IMG/VR virus record: IMGVR_UViG_3300017971_000190
Span: 62,001 to 126,000 of that record
DNA length: 64,000 nt
Direction: 5' to 3' (one strand)
Position numbers and translations under genes: made by a program. Position 1 is the stretch's first letter. Each line of letters opens with the position of its first letter. The notes beneath the pieces were generated by a model. The model saw nothing but the letters and a program-made list of their open reading frames with translations. It was not told the origin of the DNA and made no database searches. Shown one piece after another: positions 41,201-50,635 of this stretch.

Positions 41201-41742
41201 ATTCTCTTCTTAGAAAAGACTGTGCTAGTTTTGATGATATGGAGACCTTTAATAGTAAAGAATCTATTCTTGTTGGGAATGCTTCTATTCTTTATCTGGA
41301 TTCAGTTGGATCTGGTCTCTTCCGTTACAACGAAAGTGTGACGGTAGATCAAGGTGCTCCCGACGTTCACGAAATTTCTGCGATGACGCAGAAAGATTAT
41401 GTAACACGAAGAATTCGTTCCAAGCTGGACCTGAATTTAGTTGGTATTGTTCCTCCCAGCCCTGCTGCTGGTGTCATTCAGATTCAGAGTTATTTGGTTG
41501 GAGAGCTGGCTAATATTGTTAGTGAAGGATTTGTTGCTCCTTATGGTAGCGAAGAAAATCCACCTACAATTAGACCTATTAGTGCAGATGAAGATACACA
41601 GGTATTTGTAGACGAAAGAGACCGACGACGGTATCACCTTAAATATTGGTACAATATCATTTATCCAATTAAATGGATTCTGGGATTGTACAGTGTAGAT
41701 TCTAGATTCTGGGATAATAGGAGTCTGGCGTCTGCTCAGTAA
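38260..41742 (+). CDS. contractile tail sheath protein (very large)
   Basis: N-terminal YLRPGAYI motif; C-terminal sheath domain with HEIS...QKDYVTRRIR..L...VG and Y....YPIKWI; AGAGGAG RBS; adjacent tube gene. Confidence 0.85.
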   Translation: MANGNVGDLRLTQSQYLRPGAYIGYIFQARPVSSSGLPRLPGYVGRGSRLAQTLNFQIIRSYIREKQLSFSLVAPHVAPLTSPASPDKTIASLYTQAGLTLRTNVWQFSESEPGSGVYDQIEIAITDFDVNATYYLDYQSTDRTVDDEIAIDEIRQMLEVGEAEGSDEYIENVDYRIVTEILGDVSGGNADALIRDENNSDGDGQTGVITATLQGGSTGSITPNPASKYTFEYSMSYNLQCIASGGIAPARFATFQISIDPLSGGNDQVAPVPKHPSSNEVFQFTINELVNDTNYRIDANYPFTDEIALNFSWGGANFVGNVVPANADLFDWDALGPQLIEISSAHDNTNQFSEVTEPAENGNIGGGANTTSGDITLNTNTNYDNSFDRHYYMEVISVGVGPRTATIAWRGWDEMPYTYGTLNLDESNPSSLTNISLEEDIYLDFDFGVEHLLADVGDLLVSPDATDLTSAVTLATEIGVNWNRHDNDTLVAAHNIGSTGNHQITAAVPVDEATLKLFCQDAETVYSDHIGDSAMHPSIDTVWLLDSSITLDSLVNYIAFLNDFKVKNNRHVIGVNFVAGDTWLMTANAAMQYYTAKDNREYTLTTTTVTPGTSVEFQWRGDTYESSWGNKTPTVTDPYMEFTDNITLALRNFDPSGTLTNYDSGDIFTFTTVNDNEIDWTLRQRVTQSFASGDIYFDSLGRRTGTPGAYYVILDDTPETINRVEDAVTGNALSYSIVTDTGGNNLPYIMFITNPNTTVEVTYEHRGSEPDPGLVYFVSVNRLRSDDEYNTPTLYLTRDLLNEGLRPSETTNHIWIMGNIAFDTGFFGCYITQVKSASEDEIYTIADYRRAIDATETVDDMTDLVVLSQYEALGYAKSSVEKMSNPFIGRERLLWQGAMANTPIGDSKTPDTLIYLSTRTLQPSSGTITSPSRGRCILTGNTWAKRTVTLDDGTSTQLDLDGSFIAGYGAARTAAFAAPYDSLLRKDCASFDDMETFNSKESILVGNASILYLDSVGSGLFRYNESVTVDQGAPDVHEISAMTQKDYVTRRIRSKLDLNLVGIVPPSPAAGVIQIQSYLVGELANIVSEGFVAPYGSEENPPTIRPISADEDTQVFVDERDRRRYHLKYWYNIIYPIKWILGLYSVDSRFWDNRSLASAQ

Positions 41743-41754
41743 GGATAAAAGACA

Positions 41755-42964
41755 ATGATTAATTTCCCACAAACTAAAATCACCAGAGCTATCGAAGCTG
41801 AAGTAACTAAAAAATTAAAAGACTACATTCCTAAAAATGAGGAAGTAGGAATTAAAAAAGTAACTGAATATGTTAAGTCTGCTCGGGATAATAGGTGTAA
41901 AGATTTACCGGAGCAATTTAAAGAAGTCACAGTAGCTAGTCATGGTGAGGATGAACATTGGCTTGGTTTTAGTTACTATTATCAGCGAAGTGAAGATGAA
42001 GTAGGTGTAGGTTTGTTCCAACTAGACAAACGCTTTTGGGAGAAAAATTCTAAAGAAGAGACAACGTCTTCTAAACCAGAAGAAAACTAGTGTTGGTAGA
42101 TTGCAAAGCAGAATTTCATGGAGATCAGGACGCTATTCAAGCTCTTGGCTTCGTGACTACAGATGATCAACAGACGAGTCTACATACATATTTAAAAGAG
42201 GCCCATTTTCATCTTATTCATATGGATCACATAATTGATAGTATTGAAGTTCGAGAAGAGCATTTTCTTCCTCCAGATACGAGTGAAGAAACAAACATAG
42301 GTGAGTTTAGAGCTTTCTTTCATCATTATCCAACCAGACGAGGATTACAAATTAGATTTTCTGTAATGTTACAAGACGGAAAATCAGCAGAAGCACAAAG
42401 AGAAGTTGGAGCTTTCAGAGACAAAAGAGTTGATAACTCCAATCCTCTTTTAGCAGGACGTGAGGCTTTAATTTGGCCTCTTTTACCCAAAATTGACTAC
42501 CACAGGAACCAGTAAGTATCATGATTAAAGTTGTAAAATTTTATAAACCGCTTCAGTTAGATCCCGGTGAATTTAAAAGTTACACTGTTGAAGATGAAAT
42601 GGGAACAGCTAAATTTGTATTTCTTCCAGAATTAAGAGTTTATAACCCACAAGGTGGTTTCGATTGCCATTTGGTTGTTAAGCATATTTTTGAGCTTGGT
42701 TTTGGAGACGACCCTCTTTGGCAAGGTACTGAAGAATTTATTGTTGTAGATGAAATAATTCCTCCCAACGCTTTTAGAGCTTACAATTTCACTCCACAAT
42801 TGGATAAGGCTACTAAAATAGTTACACGACATGTTGTTACAATTACCAACGAAGATCCTGTTAATCAGCGTATCATTAAATCTCTAATTTTCGGTCTGAC
42901 AGAAACCCAGGTTAATTTGGGTGACGATTCTGGTGTTATCACCACTCAGCAAACGAACGTTTAG
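41755..42964 (+). other. three hypothetical CDSs in the tail module (41755..42090, 42090..42515, 42521..42964)
   Basis: Co-directional ORFs between sheath and tube. Confidence 0.65.
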
Positions 42965-42991
42965 CTCCCTAGCTGCGAGGAGAAATAGAAC

Positions 42992-43546
42992 ATGGCAGGT
43001 CCAAGTCTTGATTATAGTGCTTTTGCATCTAATCCCTACGGTGTTTTAGTTAAACCGATTGACCACACTAATCCGGATGCTCCCACCAGTAAGACGTACC
43101 ATGGTATTACTATTGAAGCCAATGGTGCTGTTTTAGGTCGTATTCAGAGCTGGAATGTTAGTGGGGCATACACTCGTGAGGGTGAGCATGTTTATGAACT
43201 AAATAACCGTACTTGGGGACGACCTGTTGACTATGTTCCTGGCAGAGCTACTGGTTATAATATTGCTGCTACCATGGCAGAAATCTGGAATAAAGAAGTC
43301 GAAGTCCAATTGGGAATGGTTCGCAGTGGTAACCAGTGGGTAGATTTAATTGACCAGAATTTCCCCTTTACGTGCCGGGAATTCTGGTTCCGTGGTGCAG
43401 CTATTTATCGTGTTTGGACCTACAGAGGTTGTTGGTTTACCAATCGTAATGAAGAGAATTTCACGTCGGAAGGAAATGCTCGGGTAATCAGTAGTTTTGA
43501 ATTTAATTACGTAGCTCGACAACTTACCAGCGGTGTGGCAGCGTAG
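42992..43546 (+). CDS. tail tube protein
   Basis: GRIQSWN...VYEL...P...VPG...DQNFPF...W.Y.GCWF pattern of myovirus tube proteins; strong GAGGAG RBS; sheath-tube-chaperone-TMP order. Confidence 0.8.
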   Translation: MAGPSLDYSAFASNPYGVLVKPIDHTNPDAPTSKTYHGITIEANGAVLGRIQSWNVSGAYTREGEHVYELNNRTWGRPVDYVPGRATGYNIAATMAEIWNKEVEVQLGMVRSGNQWVDLIDQNFPFTCREFWFRGAAIYRVWTYRGCWFTNRNEENFTSEGNARVISSFEFNYVARQLTSGVAA

Positions 43547-43562
43547 CCATAAAATCTTATTT

Positions 43563-43666
43563 TTCTTGTTCTTTCGCTGATAGATCGTTCTTCCTGTTTG
43601 TTAATACATACTAGATGGGTAGCAACGTGAACCGAAGCAGGACGCATCAGCGAGAGGCAGGAAACG
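43563..43666 (+). other. long irregular RNA hairpin between the tube gene and 43670
   Basis: TTCTTG(T)TCTTTCGCTGAT pairs with ATCAGCGAGAGGCAGGAA (18 bp with GU pairs and one bulge); inner stem TCCTGTTT/AAGCAGGA. Confidence 0.65.
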
Positions 43667-43669
43667 AAG

Positions 43670-44968
43670 ATGGCAGGCAAATTCCGATTTCAATCCGGCA
43701 ACAAATTCTCCCATACCCACTACGCAGATCCCGATAAGTTCAATTCTAAAAAAACGCCGGGGAAACAAAAACTAAACGCCAATCGTGCGTTGATCAATAA
43801 AAGTGTACGCTTTATCAAGAAGGCTATTGAAAAATTGGAAAAATTGGAGAAAAAATTTGAAGCTACTCTTGCATCTCCCTATGTCGCAAAAACCCAATTT
43901 AAAAAACTGCATGAAGTTAAAAATGATTTGATGATGGCTAAAGCCACACTTCAAGATGTAAGTGTGAGGCCAGTAAAAAAGACTACGGCTAAATTGGAAA
44001 ATTTAAGCATGCAGCTCAAAGAGCTGATTCCACGAATTAAAAAATCTCCCCTCTTTGCCAATGAATTGGTAATTTCCTCTAGTAAAAAAGTTAAAAAAGA
44101 AGCTGCTTTACCCCTTATCAAGACTACTATCAAAAAATTGAAAAAGAGTGTCGTTTCACTAGAAAAAAGAATTGACTCAATAACCAAACAAATGGATAAC
44201 ATTAAAAGATCTCCTAAAAAAGAAACAGATGACTTAGTTGCTTCAGTAGAAGAAGATGAAAAGGATAAATCGAAACAACTCACTCCCCAGTTCGTTGACG
44301 ACTTTTTTAAAACGGCTGCAGAAAGAGGGTGGACAGTCAACACAGACGTCAAAGAAATTTTCAACAAGCCTCAACCGACTAAAGTAGTGAGAAATTTGGA
44401 TGAAGGGATGGAAGTAATCAAAAATGTTTCCCTTCCTAAGTCCAACCTTTTAACTGAAGAAACCCCAATTGGTCTACTAGAATTTCCTATCATACTAGTG
44501 CAAAAAAGACGTTTTTCTGAACGGTTGATTAAAGAAATTCTGAAACTTAATTTAGGATATGAAATTCATATTGTACTGGGCGGTTACTTAGTAATTACAG
44601 GCGCTCTGCTTATGGGAATCCACCGCTCTATGATTAGGGTCTATAACAATGCTTCTCTTAAAGATCCATCAACATATTGGAATCGAGAAGTCTCTTTATT
44701 TAAGAAAACAAAAGTAGAAAAAACTAAAAAAGACCAGCTCAAAATTAAAATAGATACATCTAAATTTGCAAAACTTGTTCCTTTTTTGCAAGAGGAAAAT
44801 CCTCGTTACGAAGAAATACTTAATAAAGCTAGACCCACCAATCCAGCCACCCTTTTTGGCACTCATTATTATTGTCCTCTCTTTCCTCAAGGAACAGAGT
44901 CTATTAATATTATCAGCATTGATAATTGGTCCCCTTTGTTCCAGAAATCAGAAACCACAAAAGCCTAA
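43670..44968 (+). CDS. Lys-rich hypothetical protein of the tail module
   Basis: Long ORF with coiled-coil N-terminal half; no recognised family. Confidence 0.7.
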   Translation: MAGKFRFQSGNKFSHTHYADPDKFNSKKTPGKQKLNANRALINKSVRFIKKAIEKLEKLEKKFEATLASPYVAKTQFKKLHEVKNDLMMAKATLQDVSVRPVKKTTAKLENLSMQLKELIPRIKKSPLFANELVISSSKKVKKEAALPLIKTTIKKLKKSVVSLEKRIDSITKQMDNIKRSPKKETDDLVASVEEDEKDKSKQLTPQFVDDFFKTAAERGWTVNTDVKEIFNKPQPTKVVRNLDEGMEVIKNVSLPKSNLLTEETPIGLLEFPIILVQKRRFSERLIKEILKLNLGYEIHIVLGGYLVITGALLMGIHRSMIRVYNNASLKDPSTYWNREVSLFKKTKVEKTKKDQLKIKIDTSKFAKLVPFLQEENPRYEEILNKARPTNPATLFGTHYYCPLFPQGTESINIISIDNWSPLFQKSETTKA

Positions 44969-44982
44969 GGAAATTAAATATC

Positions 44983-46320
44983 ATGGGAACTCAAAAAACA
45001 GGTAAAGGCGGAACTACTCAACCTCCTAAGCAGGTAGGACCGAAAAATAAATGGGAAAATACTACTAAAGATGAAGATATTATTGATGCTAGACAAGCAG
45101 CTACCAGTCCTCCTGAAGAAGATTTAGGTTTGCGAGCTGATGAGGCTTTTGAACCAGACCCACATGGTTTTGAACCTTCTTCTCAAAGAGTAGAAGAAAA
45201 TGCAGGTCGCAGTATGATTCCTCTGAAAGGAGAGGATTTATCTACTCTTCATAAAATGCATGCTCCTGGAGAATCTATGGTTCCAGATCCTCATAAAGAA
45301 ATGAGTGATCGTCATTTAGATCCTAATTCTTCAGCTTTTAATGATGAGAAATTTGATGATGAAGAGGTTTTAGCTAAATCAGTTCCTCGTCATATTCAAG
45401 CAGATCAAGTTGCAGATGATTTACTGGGAGATTTTTCTCCAAGTGCAGATCTAGAAGAGGCTTACCAACAGCAACGTCGTCCATCGTCTAAACCACACAA
45501 TCAAATTGAAAAAGAGGTCCCTCAAGATCCTGCTATGGCAGCCAACGCTGGGAATATGGAAGAAGCTGCTCGTATTTTAGAAGCACTAATTAGAAAAGCA
45601 AACAAAGCCAGAGGAGAAGGTGATTTAAAAACTGCTGCTGAGTTAACTACTATTGCTCAGAAAATAGTAGCAAGTTCACAATTAAAGAGACAACAGACCA
45701 AAAAAGAACGTCATCCGGCTCTGAAGAAACTACTCAACAATTTAGGATTGGAAAAGATTCAACATACAGATATTGAGTGGTTAGGATCTAAATGGCGTTT
45801 CGCTGCTAGACCAGCTCCTCTTGACTACTGGTTAGGAGCTAATACCGGACCTGAAGGATTAGAGCTAAATGCTGCTATTGTAGCAGCTGGATTAGTTGGC
45901 TTAGACGATGAAGAAGGGGTTATGCACCCAATTTGGGAAGTTCATAATATTTCTCTTTCCGCACATTATGAATTTGAGGTTCCAGGGCCAGATGAAAATT
46001 TACCACCTGTTACGGAAGATGTTGACATTCCTGTTTATCACAAAATGTGTGAGAGTTGTTCTGTAGAAATACCTGTTGAAAGTGAGGCGTGTGAAGTTTG
46101 TGGAGCAGCTGTAGATCTTTACGATTTACCTGTAGATTTGCGTATTCGTTGTGCTGAAGCCTCTTTTAAACTATTAACCGAGAAGCTTTGTTTAGATGCT
46201 CTTGATTTAAGTGATTTAGTGACTAAATATAGAGAAGCAATGCCAGACCGAAAATTTGATAAGGAGGAAGTGTTCCCTTTCGTGAAACTCTTGCCGAAGC
46301 GGAGCGAGATGGGGATGTAG
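44983..46320 (+). CDS. tail assembly chaperone (lambda gpG-like position)
   Basis: Lies before the tape measure and has a slippery site near its 3' end; ATG 44983 with AAGGA RBS; C-terminal CESC...CEVC zinc ribbon. Confidence 0.7.
   Translation: MGTQKTGKGGTTQPPKQVGPKNKWENTTKDEDIIDARQAATSPPEEDLGLRADEAFEPDPHGFEPSSQRVEENAGRSMIPLKGEDLSTLHKMHAPGESMVPDPHKEMSDRHLDPNSSAFNDEKFDDEEVLAKSVPRHIQADQVADDLLGDFSPSADLEEAYQQQRRPSSKPHNQIEKEVPQDPAMAANAGNMEEAARILEALIRKANKARGEGDLKTAAELTTIAQKIVASSQLKRQQTKKERHPALKKLLNNLGLEKIQHTDIEWLGSKWRFAARPAPLDYWLGANTGPEGLELNAAIVAAGLVGLDDEEGVMHPIWEVHNISLSAHYEFEVPGPDENLPPVTEDVDIPVYHKMCESCSVEIPVESEACEVCGAAVDLYDLPVDLRIRCAEASFKLLTEKLCLDALDLSDLVTKYREAMPDRKFDKEEVFPFVKLLPKRSEMGM
46261..46281 (+). 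promoter_or_regulatory. programmed -1 ribosomal frameshift site (C CCT TTC) with an upstream SD-like AAGGAGG
   Basis: Heptamer at 46275-46281 fits X XXY YYZ in the correct phase; the -1 frame is open from 46263 and runs without a stop into ORF 46410..46754. Confidence 0.85.
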
Positions 46321-46754
46321 AAGCTTTTGGCAGGGTTTTAGTTCACACGGGTATACTTCCAACAGAGGAGAAAGCTAAAAAACTGTGGCATAATAAAAGC
46401 GCTCTCTACATGATGGATTATTGGATTTCCAAAAAAGAGCAACAATCGAAACAAATGTTAGGAGAGGTACTTGGAGTATATTGGGATGAAGACAGCTTAG
46501 AAGCTATTTTAAGAGAGCCTGATTTACGCGATTATAAAAATAGAAGTAAACAAAAGAATTTCTTCTGGCCAATGCTATTGGCGTTGAAACCAGAATTCCT
46601 TGATATACTTAGAAAATCTACAGGTCGTAAATTTGGTATTAATTCTCCAGAATGGGCTAGAGATGAGGAAAACTTTGTTGACATGTTCGATTGGAAAACG
46701 GAAGACTTCGTACAATTTGTTGGGGCAGCTGTAATGCCTCGTGTGAAAAAATAA
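46281..46754 (+). CDS. frameshift extension of the tail chaperone (gpT-like; contains ORF 46410..46754)
   Basis: Reads RETLAEAERDGDVEAFGRVLVHTG...LYMMDYW; fusion product about 590 aa from ATG 44983. Confidence 0.75.
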   Translation, partial: RETLAEAERDGDVEAFGRVLVHTGILPTEEKAKKLWHNKSALYMMDYWISKKEQQSKQMLGEVLGVYWDEDSLEAILREPDLRDYKNRSKQKNFFWPMLLALKPEFLDILRKSTGRKFGINSPEWARDEENFVDMFDWKTEDFVQFVGAAVMPRVKK

Positions 46755-46772
46755 AATGTGTGAGTAGTTTCC

Positions 46773-49535
46773 ATGGCAGACGACGACACCACTAAAAAGA
46801 CAACTGAGGGTACAGAAGACCTAGCGAAGGCTACGCAAAAGCAAGCCGATGCTATGAAGCAGATGACGCAGAGTACTCGTCCTGCTACCAAAGCTCTCAA
46901 CAGTTGGAATTTAGAAACTGATGCTGCTATTGGTAATCAAGAAAGATTAGCCGATGTAATTCGACAAGAAACAGATGAGATTAAAAAGCAAGTTAAGGAG
47001 ATGGGATCCCTTAACATGCAAGTTAAGGACATTAGTGGCTCTATTCAAGGTTTCATGGGAAATCTTAAGCGCCACATGTCGGTTAGCCATCAGTATAATC
47101 GTCTTCTTAAACAAATGCGAGAAGGCCAAAAAGATTATACTGCTAGTTTACAATTGTCTACCAGTGAGTTGGGGAAAGCTAGTGCTCAAAGTCAGAAACA
47201 TATTGACGCTCTTAATGATGCCTACATTGAAGCACGTATGAGAGCTGCCGAATATGGTTTAGAAGCTCAAGAAGTAGAAGCTCATACAAGAGAACTGCAT
47301 GGAGCTTTCGGAGCGCAACTACAAGCAATGGGGAATGTAGGAGTAGAGCTAAAAAAATTACAGAAAAGTACTTTCGCTTTTTCTCGTTTTATGGGGATTG
47401 ATTATAGTGAAAGTGTTCGTCATATTGACGACCGTCTTATGCACAGCACTAAAACGTTGGAGGAAGTTAGACAGGAAACACTCCTGGTCGCTAAGTCTGC
47501 TGATACTTATGCTAACAATCTTAAAAAACTGGGAAAAAGAGCACTTCAAACAGGAAATATTACTAAACAAGGATTTTTGAAAATTATTCAAGAAATTGGA
47601 TCAGAATTTAAAAGTGGTAAATTCGCAGCTGAAGGTTTTGCAAAAAGTACTGCACTGTTTTTAGAAGTGGGTAAAAAACATGGTATGACTCCTGAAGAAG
47701 CTAAGCAAATGGCTACCGGTTTTGGTAAGGTAATTAGTCAAATGGGTAGCGCTCAAAGTATTTTTGGAATTAAAACAGCACAAGTATTCGGAAATATGTT
47801 AACTAATATAGGACAAATCCAAGATGAAAATTTGAGAAAGAGACTGGGTTACTACGCAAAAAGACAAGAAGAACAAGGTGCACTTAATATTTTAGATCTT
47901 CGTGGTATAGCTGCTGCTGTGAAAGGTAGTAGTGAAGGTATTAATATGTTGTTGGGCAGTTTAGAAAAGCTGAACTTACCAGAAAATGCACTGAGAGCTA
48001 TTGTGGGAGAGATGGTTGGACCTGAACAACAACACTTAGCCGATCTCCTGGTTGAACAGATTAGATCAGGAGAACTTCGAAAAGGATTTGAAAAAGAATC
48101 GCTTGCCCATTCTAAAAAGGGAGGGGAGGAAGCTGAACTACAAACTGCTATTTGGGAAAAAGATTTGTATACTATGGTCAAAGAAGGCGCTACTGCCACC
48201 GATCAGCGTTATAAAGCTATTAGAGCTATTGAGGAATTCAAAGGAAAAATGCTGGCTTGGTTAGATAAGTATTGGATATTTATAGTTGCTGCACAATCTG
48301 CACAAACCATATCTTCTTTATTTGGTAGAGGGGGTATGTTAAGCGGATTACTTGGAAGAGGAGGAGCTGGAGCTGCTAGTACAGCTGCAACAGGGGCTGC
48401 TGGAGCTGGACGTATGGCATTAGCTGGGAAAGCTTTAGGTGTTGCTGGAGCCGCTTATACAGGTTGGAATGTAGGTAAATGGTTAAATACAAAAGTTGGG
48501 GAAGATATTGCAAGTGGTCAGTTTAGCCATCATATGGGGGAGCAAGCTCAAGGAAATTTAACCGCACTAATGGGGAAAGATAGAACTCTTGCCAATTTCC
48601 TCAGTATGAAGCTAATGGAAGGAGGAGGAGGATCCGCAGAGGGATTTACTGTAAATAAAGAAGGTTGGGAAGATTTAAAAGAAAACACAGTACGTATTAG
48701 AGGAGCTGTCACTGAGGCACATAAACAAACTTACAAACAAAGACAAAAACAAATTAATGATGCAAAGAGGGATTGGAAAAAGCTTGATAAAAACCAAAGA
48801 AAACAAATAGAAAAAGCAGAAGAGCAGAATAAACAACTGAAACGTTTTATTGAAAAAGGTAGTATGAGTGATGCTGAGAAGAAAGCATATGATAAAGAAC
48901 AAACAAAGTTACTTTCAAAAGATTTTATAGAAAATGCTAATAAATTAAAAAAAGAAGAAACGGGAAAAGATTTTACTAAAGAAGGATTTCAGAATTATAT
49001 AGAAGATTTTGTTGGTATGACTGGACGTGTAACAGGTCCAGCTAATATACAGGTAGCTGTTGACGCTCTTATGAAAAGTAAAGAAGGTATGCGTATAGTT
49101 AAGAAAGCAAAGAAAGGAAAGGCTGTTGAAAGCGAGGCAGATGTTCGTAAAATTCTTGCACAAGCTATTCTTAAAAGGCGTGCTGGAGGTCTTTGGACAC
49201 CAACTAGTAAACAAACCAAAACAGAAAAAATGGAAGAAGCTCAAAATATTTACGGTAAAATCCAAAAAGGAAAAATTGTAGATCCCTATACACTTCGAGC
49301 TGCTGCTGAGTGGCAAGAAAAAATAAGACAACAATCTTCTGAAAAAGCGTTGAAACTGGATATTGGCACTGTAGATACAGGTGCGGCTAAAGAAGTTGTT
49401 GCAAAGGTAGGGGCCGATAACAGTATCGAAGCTACTTTCCCAGCCACTAGACTTAAAATACGAGGAAAAGACAGTGTAAAAGTAAATAATAACCATGAAG
49501 CCTTAAATAGGGCAAAGAAACCACCCGTACCGTAA
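46773..49535 (+). CDS. tape measure protein
   Basis: 920-aa helical Ala/Gly/Lys-rich protein with a Gly/Ala-rich hydrophobic stretch (GGAGAASTAATGAAGAG), directly after the G/GT-like pair. Confidence 0.8.
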   Translation: MADDDTTKKTTEGTEDLAKATQKQADAMKQMTQSTRPATKALNSWNLETDAAIGNQERLADVIRQETDEIKKQVKEMGSLNMQVKDISGSIQGFMGNLKRHMSVSHQYNRLLKQMREGQKDYTASLQLSTSELGKASAQSQKHIDALNDAYIEARMRAAEYGLEAQEVEAHTRELHGAFGAQLQAMGNVGVELKKLQKSTFAFSRFMGIDYSESVRHIDDRLMHSTKTLEEVRQETLLVAKSADTYANNLKKLGKRALQTGNITKQGFLKIIQEIGSEFKSGKFAAEGFAKSTALFLEVGKKHGMTPEEAKQMATGFGKVISQMGSAQSIFGIKTAQVFGNMLTNIGQIQDENLRKRLGYYAKRQEEQGALNILDLRGIAAAVKGSSEGINMLLGSLEKLNLPENALRAIVGEMVGPEQQHLADLLVEQIRSGELRKGFEKESLAHSKKGGEEAELQTAIWEKDLYTMVKEGATATDQRYKAIRAIEEFKGKMLAWLDKYWIFIVAAQSAQTISSLFGRGGMLSGLLGRGGAGAASTAATGAAGAGRMALAGKALGVAGAAYTGWNVGKWLNTKVGEDIASGQFSHHMGEQAQGNLTALMGKDRTLANFLSMKLMEGGGGSAEGFTVNKEGWEDLKENTVRIRGAVTEAHKQTYKQRQKQINDAKRDWKKLDKNQRKQIEKAEEQNKQLKRFIEKGSMSDAEKKAYDKEQTKLLSKDFIENANKLKKEETGKDFTKEGFQNYIEDFVGMTGRVTGPANIQVAVDALMKSKEGMRIVKKAKKGKAVESEADVRKILAQAILKRRAGGLWTPTSKQTKTEKMEEAQNIYGKIQKGKIVDPYTLRAAAEWQEKIRQQSSEKALKLDIGTVDTGAAKEVVAKVGADNSIEATFPATRLKIRGKDSVKVNNNHEALNRAKKPPVP

Positions 49536-49556
49536 GGTTAAGAAAGGAAGCACCCC

Positions 49557-50053
49557 ATGCGAGGAAGTAAAAGACTAGCTCAAGCTATGGCCAGAGGAAA
49601 AGTAGTAGTACGAAACATCACGGCTGGAGAGGTTAACCTTCAGCTGCTTTCAGATGATAATCAACAAATTACTATCATTATCGGTCCCTATGCAGATGAA
49701 GAGATTGCTCCCAAATACGTGAGCATTAAAGGTCTTACACGATCTCGTAATTTAGAAAAGAACCTAGGACAGAAGTCTCGTAAGCTTCAAGTTTTATAAA
49801 AATGTCTGATAATTACACAGGTATTTATGTAGGTGGGTGTGCTAGAACGTTTTTATTCTCAGAAGAAAAAGGTCAGTTAGGATTGTTTTGTAGTCCAGAT
49901 TGCACAGGGGCAATTCGTAAATCAAATGGAGAAGAAACTGGTTATCGTATTGACTTTGTTGGAAGAGTCTATTTTCAAAGGGAATTAACTGATTTTCATT
50001 TTTGTAATGGACGTCTTTATGGCCCATCAAAAGCATTACCAGGAATAATATAA
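49557..50053 (+). other. two small hypothetical CDSs (49557..49799, 49802..50053)
   Basis: AAGGAAG RBS; they close the + strand tail transcription unit. Confidence 0.6.
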
Positions 50054-50197
50054 AAATACTAAAATTTAGTTTTACTCTTTAATCCATTCCCATCCACCTT
50101 TTTTGACTTTGTTGTTATTTTTCATTACACTCAACCATCTGTTAACCATTCTGGTTGTAACGTAAGGATGCCCATTACATTGAATTAATTTAGCCAA

Positions 50198-50524
50198 TTA
50201 CATTGAATTTAAAGGGTGTTCGGAATTACTTAAGATAGCTTCTGCTGTTTTGGTCCACTTTTTGCCGTCATCAAAAAGATCTCGTAATTCCTTTGTAGTT
50301 AGATTTTCACTTTTCATATGTTTAAAACGAATAACCTTTATTCTATTATCGATAGTAGTTAGCTTTTGAGTTAGTTCAGCCACCCCAATTCTTCTTTCTT
50401 CTTCCAATGCCTTCCTTTTATTAAGTAAAAAATCAAGTCTGCTAAGTAGTTCTTCAGCACTTTTCCGTTTCATAATATCTTCCCCTTCTAATATTATAGC
50501 ATAATATACGATATTAAACCTCAT
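50198..50524 (-). CDS. hypothetical coiled-coil protein (likely start 50473)
   Basis: Only long ORF in this gap; GAAGGGGAAG RBS-like sequence before MKRKS. Confidence 0.6.
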   Translation of the reverse strand: MRFNIVYYAIILEGEDIMKRKSAEELLSRLDFLLNKRKALEEERRIGVAELTQKLTTIDNRIKVIRFKHMKSENLTTKELRDLFDDGKKWTKTAEAILSNSEHPLNSM

Positions 50525-50606
50525 GCCAAGTGTTTAAATAAGTCTGAAGTTTAAGGGGGATAACATGTTGTAATTATTTAAGTTTTACATTTTTGGAGTA
50601 AAGTAC

Positions 50607-50635
50607 TTGACAAATGCGCTGTCGGCAGGTAGACT
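50607..50635 (+). promoter_or_regulatory. sigma70-type promoter overlapping an inverted repeat
   Basis: TTGACA (50607-50612), 17 nt, TAGACT (50630-50635). Confidence 0.6.

Noticed and set aside
36535-49535. Extracellular contractile injection system rather than a phage tail
   Set aside because: A G/GT-type frameshifted chaperone, a long tape measure and the surrounding mass of phage accessory genes favour a phage; no eCIS AAA ATPase or baseplate cluster is present.
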